Shown here: positions 28,847-38,328 of the stretch, one piece after another
How positions within the stretch are numbered: the stretch's first letter is position 1
Layout: every line of letters begins with the position of its first letter
Source: an uncultured Spirochaetota bacterium
Lineage (GTDB): Bacteria; Spirochaetota; Spirochaetia; SZUA-6; CAVTHK01
Direction of reading: 5' to 3'
NCBI GenBank assembly: GCA_963734495.1
Contig: CAVTHK010000011.1
Location: 640,001-704,000 of the forward strand
DNA: 64,000 nucleotides
Notes under the pieces: generated by a model
Seen by the model: only the letters and a program-made list of their open reading frames with translations
The model's database searches: none
Told to the model about the DNA's origin: nothing
Program-made: the position numbers and the translations under genes

Positions 28847-31555
28847 ATGCGGCACGAGACGGATGGAAACGAAATGGCTCAAGCGGGACTGCCCCGAGAG
28901 GTTCATTTCACCCTGGGCTCGCATCTGGACCTGTTCTGGATGGGAGCGGCACGCGACTGCCTCGACCGCGGAAGCGAGATCATCAAGACGGCGCTCGACC
29001 TGTGCCGGGCGCACGCGGATTACCGCTTCTACATCGAAACAACGGTGTTCGCGGAGCACTTCCTCGAGCAGCATCCTGAAGAAAAGCCCTACATGGCGGA
29101 GCTGCTCGCGGGCGGCAGGCTCGAGATTGGTGCCTCCTACGTCGATCGGGTCGAGCACATGCACGGGGGCGAGTCGATCCTGCGGCATCACGTGCTTGCG
29201 ATCCGGTGGATGCAGTCGACGTTCGGCCTCAGGCCGCGGAGCACGTGCCACTCGGATCTTCCGGGGCTGTCGCCCCAGGTTCCGCAGATCTGCGCGGGCT
29301 GCGGGATCGACTTCTACCTGAGGGCCCGCGGGCCATGCTCGGTCTTCCGATGGCGGGCGCCGAACGGATCCGAGATCATCTACGCCAGTTTCGGCTACGG
29401 CTACGGCCGCAAGAGCGTCGAGAGCATCGGCCAGGCGCTCTCGGAGGTCCGCCCGCCCGTTCCCGCGGTCCTGATGCGCGGTGGCTACAGCGATCTGGAA
29501 ATGGCCGATGCCGGCATTCTCGCCGTGGTCGACGCGTTGCGGCAGCGCCACGGCGATTCGATCAAGTTCTCGGTATCGTCGCCGACGCCGGTTCTCGACC
29601 GCTACCACCGCGACGCGGACGAGAGGAATCGTCTGCCCCTGATCAGCGGAGAATGGCCTTTCGGGTGGGGAAGCGCCGCCACCCTCGAGGTGGAGAACTT
29701 CCAGGCGAACCTCAACCTGGAGCGGCTGCTGCTGGCGGCCGAGAAGCTGGCCGTCGGGGCCCGAATGTACGGCCATGCGGTCAGTCCGCCGACCACCCGC
29801 GCCCTCTGGTGGTCCAGCCTCGGCAGGTACGCGCGGGAGATCGTTCCCCCGGAGATCCCGGCAGGCGAAGAGATCGCCGAGGCCTGGAAGGTCGCCCTGT
29901 TCACCCAGGATCACAACTACGGGGGGTTCTCCGCCGCGAGATCGGAGTACGACAGGCAGGTGATGCTCTCGTACGCGACGCAGTACGTACGCGCGATCGC
30001 GACGGAGAGCCTGGCCCGGATCGGAGGGCATGTTGGAATGCCCGAGGCTCTCGGCCAGAGGAATGTGAGGGGATTCGCGGGGGTTTTCAACCCGCTCGGC
30101 TGGGAGCGCGATGAGGCAGTGCTCCTCGTCCTGCCGGCTGACATGCGTGCGGATGCCATCGCGGTTTGCGAGGCCGGCGGTCGTGTCCTGCACCAGCAGG
30201 AGGAGGGCGGCGCCCTCAGGGTGTGCGTCCCGTCGATTCCCGCCCTGGGCTACACGCCGCTGTTTCTCGTGGATCGCCCTGTCGACTCGCGCGAGGCGGA
30301 TCCGCCTTCGCCCATATTCCACGAGCACCCGGGCGAATGGAATCGCAGGTTCCGCGAGTGGCAGGACGCGCTGCCGGCCCGCGAGGAGCCGTGGATCGCC
30401 GAAGCGCGCCGCGGCGGGGAGACGCTCGTCGAGACGGATCGATTCCGGGTGCAGCTCGATCCAGGCAGCGGGACGATCCCGTCCGTATACGACAGAGCCC
30501 TGGGCCGGGAGCTCTTTGAAGACGGTCCCCGGCGGTTTCTCGAATTGCTCGCCTATGAGGATCCGGGGATCGACGTCCGCTACAACTTTACCGGACGCTT
30601 CGCGACGGACGCGGAGACGCCTCATCGGCTGCGACGGGAGCTCTGCGGCGATGTCTCGGCGACCTATCTCTTCGAGGGGTCGCTCGAGCACGCGAGCGTC
30701 GAGAAGCGGCTGACGATCTACCGGCAGATCCCTGCGCTGGACCTCTCCGTGACCATCTACTGGTGGGGAAAGACGGGGGACCATGTCCGGCTGTGCCTGC
30801 CGTTCGCCCGATCCGGCTTTGCCGGCACCTGGTACGGCGTGCCGTTCTACGCGATGCAGTGGCCCCGGATGATGGAGGGGATCGACGAAGAGACCATCCT
30901 CGCCATGGGGCGGGCGCGCCACGATGAGATGCGGGCTGACGACCGGAGACATTTCCGCGAGATCAAGGAATGGCTCGATGTCGGGTACGCGGACTGGGGC
31001 ATCTGCCTGGGGACCCGCTGGCCGACCGTGTGGATCGACGGCAGCCGAATCGAGATCCCCCTCATCCGGAGCCAGCGAAGCTGCGGTGATCACGACCACT
31101 GGCCCCTGAACCCCGGCAGGCACACGTGGCAATTCCGCATCAGCCCGCACCGCGGGGACTGGCGCACGGCTCGCGCCTACAGGAGCGGCTGGGAGCTCGC
31201 TCATCCGACCCTCGTGGGACCGGTTTCGCCGCCCCGGTCCGCCGCGGATTCGGGCGCGTCGCTGCGCGGCGGCGTTTCGTTCGTCTCGGTCGACGGGGCC
31301 GGAGTGATCGTCACCGCGGTCAAGGCCGCCTACGACGACCCCGATGCCTGCGTCGTCCGCCTCTACGAGGCCGAAGGGCGCGCGACAGAGGTTCGGCTGA
31401 CCTGTCTTCGGGAGATCGTGGAGGCGAGTCAAGTCAATCTGCTCGAGGAGCCCCTCAGGCCGCTGGCCTGCGACGAGGGAACGGTGCGAGTGGCCGTCGG
31501 ATCGCACGAGATCAAGACCGTGATGATCCGGTGGCGTGCGCGAGGATCTGGCTGA
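28847..31555 (+). CDS. Glycoside hydrolase family 38-like protein (divergent alpha-mannosidase family)
   Basis: N-terminal SHLDLFW (HxDxxW), SDLPG..PQI nucleophile region, FRWRAPNGS, VFNPLGW, C-terminal VVRLYE and EIKT. Start is 28847 or 28874. Confidence 0.82.
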   Translation: MRHETDGNEMAQAGLPREVHFTLGSHLDLFWMGAARDCLDRGSEIIKTALDLCRAHADYRFYIETTVFAEHFLEQHPEEKPYMAELLAGGRLEIGASYVDRVEHMHGGESILRHHVLAIRWMQSTFGLRPRSTCHSDLPGLSPQVPQICAGCGIDFYLRARGPCSVFRWRAPNGSEIIYASFGYGYGRKSVESIGQALSEVRPPVPAVLMRGGYSDLEMADAGILAVVDALRQRHGDSIKFSVSSPTPVLDRYHRDADERNRLPLISGEWPFGWGSAATLEVENFQANLNLERLLLAAEKLAVGARMYGHAVSPPTTRALWWSSLGRYAREIVPPEIPAGEEIAEAWKVALFTQDHNYGGFSAARSEYDRQVMLSYATQYVRAIATESLARIGGHVGMPEALGQRNVRGFAGVFNPLGWERDEAVLLVLPADMRADAIAVCEAGGRVLHQQEEGGALRVCVPSIPALGYTPLFLVDRPVDSREADPPSPIFHEHPGEWNRRFREWQDALPAREEPWIAEARRGGETLVETDRFRVQLDPGSGTIPSVYDRALGRELFEDGPRRFLELLAYEDPGIDVRYNFTGRFATDAETPHRLRRELCGDVSATYLFEGSLEHASVEKRLTIYRQIPALDLSVTIYWWGKTGDHVRLCLPFARSGFAGTWYGVPFYAMQWPRMMEGIDEETILAMGRARHDEMRADDRRHFREIKEWLDVGYADWGICLGTRWPTVWIDGSRIEIPLIRSQRSCGDHDHWPLNPGRHTWQFRISPHRGDWRTARAYRSGWELAHPTLVGPVSPPRSAADSGASLRGGVSFVSVDGAGVIVTAVKAAYDDPDACVVRLYEAEGRATEVRLTCLREIVEASQVNLLEEPLRPLACDEGTVRVAVGSHEIKTVMIRWRARGSG

Positions 31556-31587
31556 CCGGCGTGACCGGCGGAAAGGAAGGCTGTTGC

Positions 31588-34089
31588 ATGGCAAAGGTGA
31601 GCGCGTATCTGGTTCCGTTCTCCCACCTGGATCTGTTCTGGCTCGGCGCTTACGAGGAGTGCCTCTCGAGAGGCAATCGCGTGATCGCCGAGGTGCTCGA
31701 GATGTGCGCCGCGCATCCGGAGTTCCGTTTTCTCCTCGAAGACGTCGTGTTCATCGAGCACTTCCTGCGCTGCCACCCGGAGAAGAAACAGGAGCTGGCG
31801 TCGCGGCTCAAGAACGGGCAGATCGAGGCGGGGCCCAAGTGGGCGGGCATCGACCAGACTCCCCAGCTCGGCGAAGACCTCGTGCGCAACTCGCTGTACT
31901 CCATTGACTACCTCGAACGCGAGCTCGGCTATACGCCTCAGGTCATGCACACCGGCGATCTGCCGGGCTGGACTCCGAACTATCCGCAGATACTCGAGAA
32001 GCTCGGCATTCCCTACGCGGTGTACACGCGCACCGGCCCGACCGACGCCTCGCTTTTCTACTGGGTAGGGCTCGACGGAACGCGAAAGCTCGTCTGGTAC
32101 TCGCTCAAGGGGTATGGCTGGGCCCACCGGGTGGGCTTCGAGATCAGCGCGGACAAGGCCATCGAGAACGGTCTCGAAACGACGATGCGCGAGGTCCTCG
32201 CTCAGGGCGTTGAGCCCATCTTCGTGCACTGGGGAACGGACCTGCTCCTGCCCGGGAAAAAGCTGGCCGAGAACCTGCGCGACTGGAACGCGAAGTCGGA
32301 TCTCAAGATGGCCTTTGCCACTCCGACCGAGTACTTCGAAGCCGCGCCCAGGGAGGGCCTGCGCGAGCTCTCGGGGGAGATCCCCTCAGCCTGGCCGTAC
32401 AGCGATCCGCAATACACGTACCACATGGTGCTGACCTTTCCCGCGGTGTCCGCTCTGCTCAACGCCGAGAGATTCTCCGAGCTCGCCCGCTGCCGCGGCA
32501 TCATGGACGGTTATCCGGCAGACAAGATCCGGGAGTCCTGGCTCCAGGTCCTCGAGACGATGGATCACAACAACAACGGCCAGGGAAATGACCAGACCAA
32601 CGAACGGAAGAGATCGTACTACGAGATGGCCATCCGCACGGCGGATCGGATCCGCGAGGACGCCCTGCGCCGGATGGCGGAGAACGTCGCGAATCCCTTT
32701 GGCCGCGACGCCTACCCGATCGTGGTCTTCAATCCCATGAGCTGGCCGCGCACCGAGCTTGCCAGCACTCACGTCACCTACCACGGCGACATCAAGCCCA
32801 CCAACATCGCGGCCTACCGGCAGGTCACGCTCGTCGACGAGCATGGCACGGCAGTGCCTTTCCAGACGTACGACACAAGGGAAGGTGTGGCGCGGGAGGA
32901 GACCATCCGCTTCGTGGCGGAGGCAGTGCCCGCGGGTGGATACCGCACCTACTACCTCAGGCCGTCGGACAAGCCGGTCGAGCACGGTCCTGCGTTTCAA
33001 TGGGACGGCGCTGCGCTCACGACCCCCTTGTACAAGCTGGTCGTCGACCCGGTCACCGGGAGCCTGTCCGTGACTGACTTGAAGAGCGGGCAGCCGCTGG
33101 TCAGCGGCTTGTGCGTAGTCGCCGTCGAGGAAAAGCTCGACCAGGGGTCGTTCCGCGACGAGACGACCGGCAGGCGCCTCGAGTCCGTGCTGGAGTCCGT
33201 CGAGCTCGTCGAATCCGGCGCCGTGGCCGCGCGCCTCGACCTGCGAGTGCGGGTCGCCGAGTCGGTCGTCACCGAGCACATCATCGTGCAGTCGCGCAAT
33301 CCGAAGGTGGAGATCTCCGTCGACGTCGATTTCCGCAAGTGGCGGCCCATGCGCCTGTGCCTGGAGATGTCGACGGGGATCGCGGATCCCAGGATCAACT
33401 ACGGCGTTCCCTACGGCGTGAGCTGGACCGAGAACATCATGGCGAACAGCGCCCCCTTCAGGCACGACGAGATCCCCGTTGAGTCCTGGAACCGGCTTCG
33501 GACCGCCATCCACTGGATCGATCTGAGCGACGGCAGCCGCGGCGTGACCGTGGGCAGCAAGCATCGCTGCTTCAGGTTCGAGGGACCCATCCTGCAGGCG
33601 GTCATGCTCCGCGCCGTCGTCTCCGGACAGTGCTGCTACATCCGCGACGGAAAGCGCGAGCGCCACCTGCGGCCGTACCCCGGCAGGTATTCGTTCGACT
33701 ACTGTCTCCTCCCTCACACCGGCGGATGGCAGCAGTCCAAGAGCTATCGTGCCGGCTGGGAGCTCAGCTATCCCCTGCTGCCGGTGGTCGTGAGCGACAG
33801 CGCGAGCGCCAAGCGCCTGCCGAGCAGCGAGCAGCTCCTGACGCTCGAGTGCGACACCGACAGCGTCCTGCTGGACGTCGTGAAGAAGGCGGAACGGGGC
33901 GAGGAGACCGTCGTGCGCTTCCACGAAACCGAGGGCAGGGCCGGCAGCGCCCGGCTGAGCCTCCCCGGCAAGGCCATCAAGGCGCTCGCCGTCGCCGACC
34001 TGCGGGAGCGCGAGATCCGCAAGCTGCGTCCCGCGGACAGGATTCCCTACAAGGCGTACGAGATCGTCACGCTGCGCGTCGGATGGTGA
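31588..34089 (+). CDS. Glycoside hydrolase family 38-like protein (second paralog)
   Basis: SHLDLFW, GEDLVRN, GDLPG..PQI, FYWVGLDG, VFNPMSW, VKKAE and YEIVTLR. Confidence 0.84.
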   Translation: MAKVSAYLVPFSHLDLFWLGAYEECLSRGNRVIAEVLEMCAAHPEFRFLLEDVVFIEHFLRCHPEKKQELASRLKNGQIEAGPKWAGIDQTPQLGEDLVRNSLYSIDYLERELGYTPQVMHTGDLPGWTPNYPQILEKLGIPYAVYTRTGPTDASLFYWVGLDGTRKLVWYSLKGYGWAHRVGFEISADKAIENGLETTMREVLAQGVEPIFVHWGTDLLLPGKKLAENLRDWNAKSDLKMAFATPTEYFEAAPREGLRELSGEIPSAWPYSDPQYTYHMVLTFPAVSALLNAERFSELARCRGIMDGYPADKIRESWLQVLETMDHNNNGQGNDQTNERKRSYYEMAIRTADRIREDALRRMAENVANPFGRDAYPIVVFNPMSWPRTELASTHVTYHGDIKPTNIAAYRQVTLVDEHGTAVPFQTYDTREGVAREETIRFVAEAVPAGGYRTYYLRPSDKPVEHGPAFQWDGAALTTPLYKLVVDPVTGSLSVTDLKSGQPLVSGLCVVAVEEKLDQGSFRDETTGRRLESVLESVELVESGAVAARLDLRVRVAESVVTEHIIVQSRNPKVEISVDVDFRKWRPMRLCLEMSTGIADPRINYGVPYGVSWTENIMANSAPFRHDEIPVESWNRLRTAIHWIDLSDGSRGVTVGSKHRCFRFEGPILQAVMLRAVVSGQCCYIRDGKRERHLRPYPGRYSFDYCLLPHTGGWQQSKSYRAGWELSYPLLPVVVSDSASAKRLPSSEQLLTLECDTDSVLLDVVKKAERGEETVVRFHETEGRAGSARLSLPGKAIKALAVADLREREIRKLRPADRIPYKAYEIVTLRVGW

Positions 34090-34174
34090 GCCTGGCACGG
34101 CCCAGGCAGGGAGGCGGAGTCGTGGATCTCACGTTGTTGCTCGAGAAGGCAGAAAGCGACGGGAGGTTGCTGAA

Positions 34175-34942
34175 GTGGCAGAGCTGACGCAGGAAGTCAA
34201 AGACGCCGTGCTCGGGCTCGGGGCAAGCCTCGTCGGCATCGCGAGCGTCGACCGGTTCGATCGGGCCCCTGTCGGGCACAGGCCCAACGACCTTCTCGAG
34301 GGAGCGAGATCGGTCGTCGTGCTCGGCGTTCAGCTGCTCGAGTCGGTCTCGGGATGGAATCGCCTCTTTCGCAACTCGGAGATCTACGAGACGGAGCAGC
34401 AGCGGATCGCCGTCGCGGAGCGGCACTTCTACGGGCGCAGCGGTTACGAGACGATGAACATCTTTATCGAGCAGCTCGGGCTGCGAACCGCTCTCTCTCT
34501 CGAAGGGCGGGGCTACAGGTCCATGTACTTCCCCGCCACCTTCGCACACCACGCTCCGATCATGGAGAAGATCCCCGGCTACCACGCGCCTTTTTCGCAC
34601 CGCCACGCCGCGGTGCGCGCGGGCCTCGGCGAGTTCGGGCTCAACAACCTCGTGCTGACAAAGCGCTTCGGGCCCCGCGTGCGGTTCATGTCCGTCATCA
34701 CGCGCGCCCCGCTCGATCCGGATCCTCTGCTCGCGGAAAAGCTCTGCCTCGGCTCGAGCTGCCGCCTCTGCGTCGAGGCCTGCGGCGTCGATGCGCTGCA
34801 GCCGATCGAGGGGCTGGACGACAGCCGGGTGTTTCTCGACATGCCCACGGTAGTCGACAAGCCGGCGTGCTACTTCAAGCATGACCGCGGCGCCGACTGC
34901 TGGGGCTTCTGCATGGATGTCTGCCCCGTGGGCAAGGCCTGA
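34175..34942 (+). CDS. QueG/reductive-dehalogenase-like 4Fe-4S protein (probably cobalamin-binding)
   Basis: SHRHAAVRAGLGEFG, FGPRVRF.SVIT; Cys clusters CLGSSCRLCVEAC and C...CWGFCMDVCP. Confidence 0.8.
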   Translation: MAELTQEVKDAVLGLGASLVGIASVDRFDRAPVGHRPNDLLEGARSVVVLGVQLLESVSGWNRLFRNSEIYETEQQRIAVAERHFYGRSGYETMNIFIEQLGLRTALSLEGRGYRSMYFPATFAHHAPIMEKIPGYHAPFSHRHAAVRAGLGEFGLNNLVLTKRFGPRVRFMSVITRAPLDPDPLLAEKLCLGSSCRLCVEACGVDALQPIEGLDDSRVFLDMPTVVDKPACYFKHDRGADCWGFCMDVCPVGKA

Positions 34943-35015
34943 CCGCCGCGTCCGGGTCGCTTGATCCCCGCCGGTCTCGCGACGCACAATCGCACCGGCG
35001 GGAGGCGCGATCACA

Positions 35016-36245
35016 GTGTCTGACTCGGGGTCTCACAGGCCGATTCGCATCGGGCTCGTCGGCATCGGCGGCTTCGCGAAGACGCACCTCGCGGCGATCA
35101 GGCACGCCGAGGCCGCGGGGATCGCGAAGCTCGCGGCCGCGGTCAACATAGAGACGGTCAGGGACGCGGAGGAGGAGCGGCGTCTGCGCGAAGCTGGCGT
35201 GGCGATCTACCGGTCGCACGGCGAGATGCTCGACCGCGAGCGCGGCGTGGACCTGGTGGGGATCCCGTGCGGCATCGACCAGCACGCACCCCTGTCGGTC
35301 GAATGCCTGGACGGGGGCTTCCACGTGCTGTGCGAGAAGCCCGCGGCCGGCGACACCGCGCAGGCGCTCGAGATGGCGACGGCCCGCGAACGCTCAGGCA
35401 AGGTGCTCGCGATCGGCTACCAGCACATGTATTCGGCATCGATCCGGCGCATCAAGGCGCTCACGGTGAGCGGCCGCCTGGGGAAGCTCCTCAGGGCGCG
35501 ATCCTATGTCCTGTGGCCGAGGACCCTCGACTACTACACCCGCCACGGCTGGGCCGGAAAGCTCAAGGCCAACGGCCGCTTCATCTTCGATTCTCCGGCG
35601 CAGAACGCCGTGGCCCACTACCTGCAGAACCTGCTCTACGCGGCGGGCGCCGACGAGCGGAGCAGCGCCGAGCCGGTCCGCGTCTACGGCGAGAACTACC
35701 GGGCCAACGACATCGAGTCCGCGGACACGCAGTACCTCCGCGTCGGCACGCGCGAAGGGTGCCTGATCATCTTCGCGGCAACGCACGCCACGAACGTCCG
35801 GCGCGATCCCGTCGCCGACTTCCAGTACGAAGGCGGCCGGGTGACCTGGGAGCTCGAGGGGAACGGCCGGACGCGGGTCTACGAGGGCCGCGCCGCGAGT
35901 CCCTCGGAGGAGCTCGACAACGGCCCGGCAGACGTCCACGACCTTCCGTACCTCGGCGTCATCGGCGCTCTGAGCCGCGGCGAAGAGCCGATCGCGACCA
36001 TCGACAACTGCATCCAGCACACCCGCTGCATCGACGCGCTCTTCACCAGGGCATCCGGGATCGCGAAGATACCGGCCTCGGCGATCCGCGTCGCGCAGTC
36101 CTACGGGCCGGAGAGCGGCCCAAAAGCGCCCCTCACCTATGTGCCGGGCATCGAGGACCTCATGGCCCTCATGTACGAGAAGGACCTGAGCTTCGTGGAG
36201 GCCGGCGCCGCGTGGGGCAGGGCCGGGAGCGAAGTGACCCTGTAG
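35016..36245 (+). CDS. Gfo/Idh/MocA family oxidoreductase
   Basis: LVGIGGFA, HVLCEKP, IGYQ and NAVAH. Confidence 0.9.
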   Translation: MSDSGSHRPIRIGLVGIGGFAKTHLAAIRHAEAAGIAKLAAAVNIETVRDAEEERRLREAGVAIYRSHGEMLDRERGVDLVGIPCGIDQHAPLSVECLDGGFHVLCEKPAAGDTAQALEMATARERSGKVLAIGYQHMYSASIRRIKALTVSGRLGKLLRARSYVLWPRTLDYYTRHGWAGKLKANGRFIFDSPAQNAVAHYLQNLLYAAGADERSSAEPVRVYGENYRANDIESADTQYLRVGTREGCLIIFAATHATNVRRDPVADFQYEGGRVTWELEGNGRTRVYEGRAASPSEELDNGPADVHDLPYLGVIGALSRGEEPIATIDNCIQHTRCIDALFTRASGIAKIPASAIRVAQSYGPESGPKAPLTYVPGIEDLMALMYEKDLSFVEAGAAWGRAGSEVTL

Positions 36246-36275
36246 GCCCCCCGCCCGCCGCCGCGCGCGGCCGCT

Positions 36276-36902
36276 TCAGCGCGGGCCGCGGTGCGCGCGC
36301 GGGTGCGCCTGCTCGCCGAGGGCGACGCCGGCGAAGAACGCGACCTGGAAGCGCTCCACCGGGTAGCTCTCGAGATCGCTCCACGGCGGCGCCCCCGCCT
36401 CGGGTATGAACGCAAGGCGGCCGCCGAAGTAGAAGCCGTGGAGGTCGAAGGCCAGGCCCGCGGAGAGCATCGGGAAGATCGACACCAGCACGGGCGTGTC
36501 GACGTCGGGGCCTTCCTCCCCGGCCCGGCCCGCGCTGCCCACTGCTACGTGCACGAACGGGTCCACAAAGTGGCCCGCGCCCACCAGGTGGTAGCTCAGG
36601 AACAGCGCCTCGGTCATCCAGTCGACCGACCAGCGGTCGAGGGAATCCCTGGAGAAGCTCACCATGTAATTGCCGCCGAACCCGATGTGGTCGACCACGA
36701 CTTCCCACCCCGGCCCGTAGAAAAGCGGCTGGTCCGGCTCGGCGAACGCGTCGATGGCCTCTCCCGCCGTCGGCCGCTCGGAAAAGGGAAGGGCCATGTT
36801 GCCCACGATCCTGACCTGCTCGAGCGCGGACGCCTTCGTGGCAGCCGTCGCGGCCGCCAGCGCGACCAGGAAGACGACTGCCGACCTTCTTCTATTGCCC
36901 AT
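36276..36902 (-). CDS. Exported hypothetical protein, possible small outer-membrane beta-barrel
   Basis: RBS AAGGAGG, signal peptide ending ASA, alternating aromatic/Gly strands ending FQVAFFAGVALG. Confidence 0.7.
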   Translation of the reverse strand: MGNRRRSAVVFLVALAAATAATKASALEQVRIVGNMALPFSERPTAGEAIDAFAEPDQPLFYGPGWEVVVDHIGFGGNYMVSFSRDSLDRWSVDWMTEALFLSYHLVGAGHFVDPFVHVAVGSAGRAGEEGPDVDTPVLVSIFPMLSAGLAFDLHGFYFGGRLAFIPEAGAPPWSDLESYPVERFQVAFFAGVALGEQAHPRAHRGPR

Positions 36903-36992
36903 TCGTGAACCTCCTTTGGCTCAAGCGCCTGGCCGTCCGTTACCCGCACACGGAGCGGCAGGGTCTATACTGGAACACGGAGCGGGCGGGCG

Positions 36993-37021
36993 GCTGTCAC
37001 CGCCGGTTTCCCGGTGACAGC
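36993..37021. promoter_or_regulatory. 10-bp inverted repeat in the divergent intergenic region before the ECF sigma gene
   Basis: gctgtcaccg-N9-cggtgacagc. Confidence 0.5.
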
Positions 37022-37074
37022 AACGCGGTCGGCGGGTGTTGAACTTTGCGAGGAGCCGGAAAGGTTCGGTCCGT

Positions 37075-37554
37075 TTGGCAGTCGATGTCGAAGCCCTCTA
37101 CAGGCGATACGGGCCGATGGTCCTCAGGCGCTGCCGCCGGCTTCTGCGGGACGAGGAGCGAGCCGTGGACGCGATGCAGGACACGTTCGTGCAGGTGCTG
37201 AGGCGGGAACGCGCGCTCGACGAGAGGGCGCCTTCGAGCCTGCTGTACACCATCGCCACGAACGTCTGCCTCAACGTCCTGCGATCCGACCGCAGCCGGC
37301 CGCGGAGCGCAGGCGCGGAGCTGCTGGACACGATCGCCGGCCCGGACGATCCCGCCCGCAGAGCGGTGGACAGCCATCGGCTCGCGCGCATCTTCGCGAA
37401 GGAGAAGCCCTCGACCCGCGTCATCGCCGTGATGCACTTCGTCGACGGGCTGACCTACGAGGAGACCGCCGCGGAAGTGGGCCTTTCCGTCTCGGGGGTG
37501 AGGAAACGGCTGCGCTCGCTGCGGGCGCGCGCCAGGGCGCTGGAGGAAGGATGA
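37075..37554 (+). CDS. ECF-type RNA polymerase sigma factor
   Basis: Region 2 (LYRRYG...AVDAMQDTFV...LYTIATNVCLN) and region 4 (DGLTYEETA...VRKRL). Start is TTG 37075 or GTG 37036. Confidence 0.92.
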   Translation: MAVDVEALYRRYGPMVLRRCRRLLRDEERAVDAMQDTFVQVLRRERALDERAPSSLLYTIATNVCLNVLRSDRSRPRSAGAELLDTIAGPDDPARRAVDSHRLARIFAKEKPSTRVIAVMHFVDGLTYEETAAEVGLSVSGVRKRLRSLRARARALEEG

Positions 37555-38328
37555 AGCCGATGTCGGACCGTACGCTGGAACGGTACCTGCTCAGTGAATT
37601 GCCGGAAGATGAAATGGAAGAAGTCGCCCGCGCGGTCGACCAGGACCCGGACGTGGCGGCGCGCCTGGAGGCGCTGCGCCGCTCGAGCGCCGGGATCCTC
37701 GAGCGCTACCCGCCGTCGATGATGGCCGCGCGCATCCGCGACCGCTGGGACGCCGCCGAGAAGGCGGAGCAGGCCCGATTGCAGAGCCGCTGGCGCGGGC
37801 TGGCGTTCGCGCTGCCCGGGGCGGCGCTCGCGGCGCTCCTCCTGGTCGTGCTGCTGCCGATGCAGCAGGAGTCGACGCGGCTCAAGGGGCTGGAAGGCAG
37901 CCTGGCGCTGCACCGCAAGAGCGGCGCCGGGGATCGAGGCGCTCGCCGACGGCGCGCGCGCCTCAGCGGGCGACGTCATCCAGATCAGCTATGTGGCAGG
38001 CGGCGCCCGCTACGGCGCGATCTTCTCCATCGACGGCAGGGGTGCGGTGACCTGGCATCTCCCCCTGGGGCTTCGCCCGCGGGCCGAGTCGGCGCAGGTC
38101 CAGCCCGGCGGCGAAGTCCCTCTGGGAGCCGCGTACGAGCTCGACGACGCGCCGGGCTTCGAGCGGTTCTTCTTCGTCACTTCCGACAAGCCCTTCCCGC
38201 TGGACCGCATCGACGCGGAGGCGAAGCGCCTGGCCGCCGATCCCGCGGGCGCGCGCGGAGGGAGCCTGCGCATCGCGCGGGGGCTCGCGCAGGCTTCGTT
38301 CCTCCTGGTGAAGGCGGCCGGCCGATGA
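37551..38328 (+). CDS. Putative single-TM anti-sigma factor (ActD-like) with an extracytoplasmic beta-rich domain; apparent extra G at 37929-37932
   Basis: ATGA overlap with the sigma gene; N-terminal LERYLLSELPEDEMEEV anti-sigma-like helix; TM helix ALPGAALAALLLVVLLP. Removing one G joins it to ORF 37993-38328 (GIEALADGARASAGDVIQISY...SIDGRGAVT...ELDDAPGFERFFFV). Confidence 0.8.
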
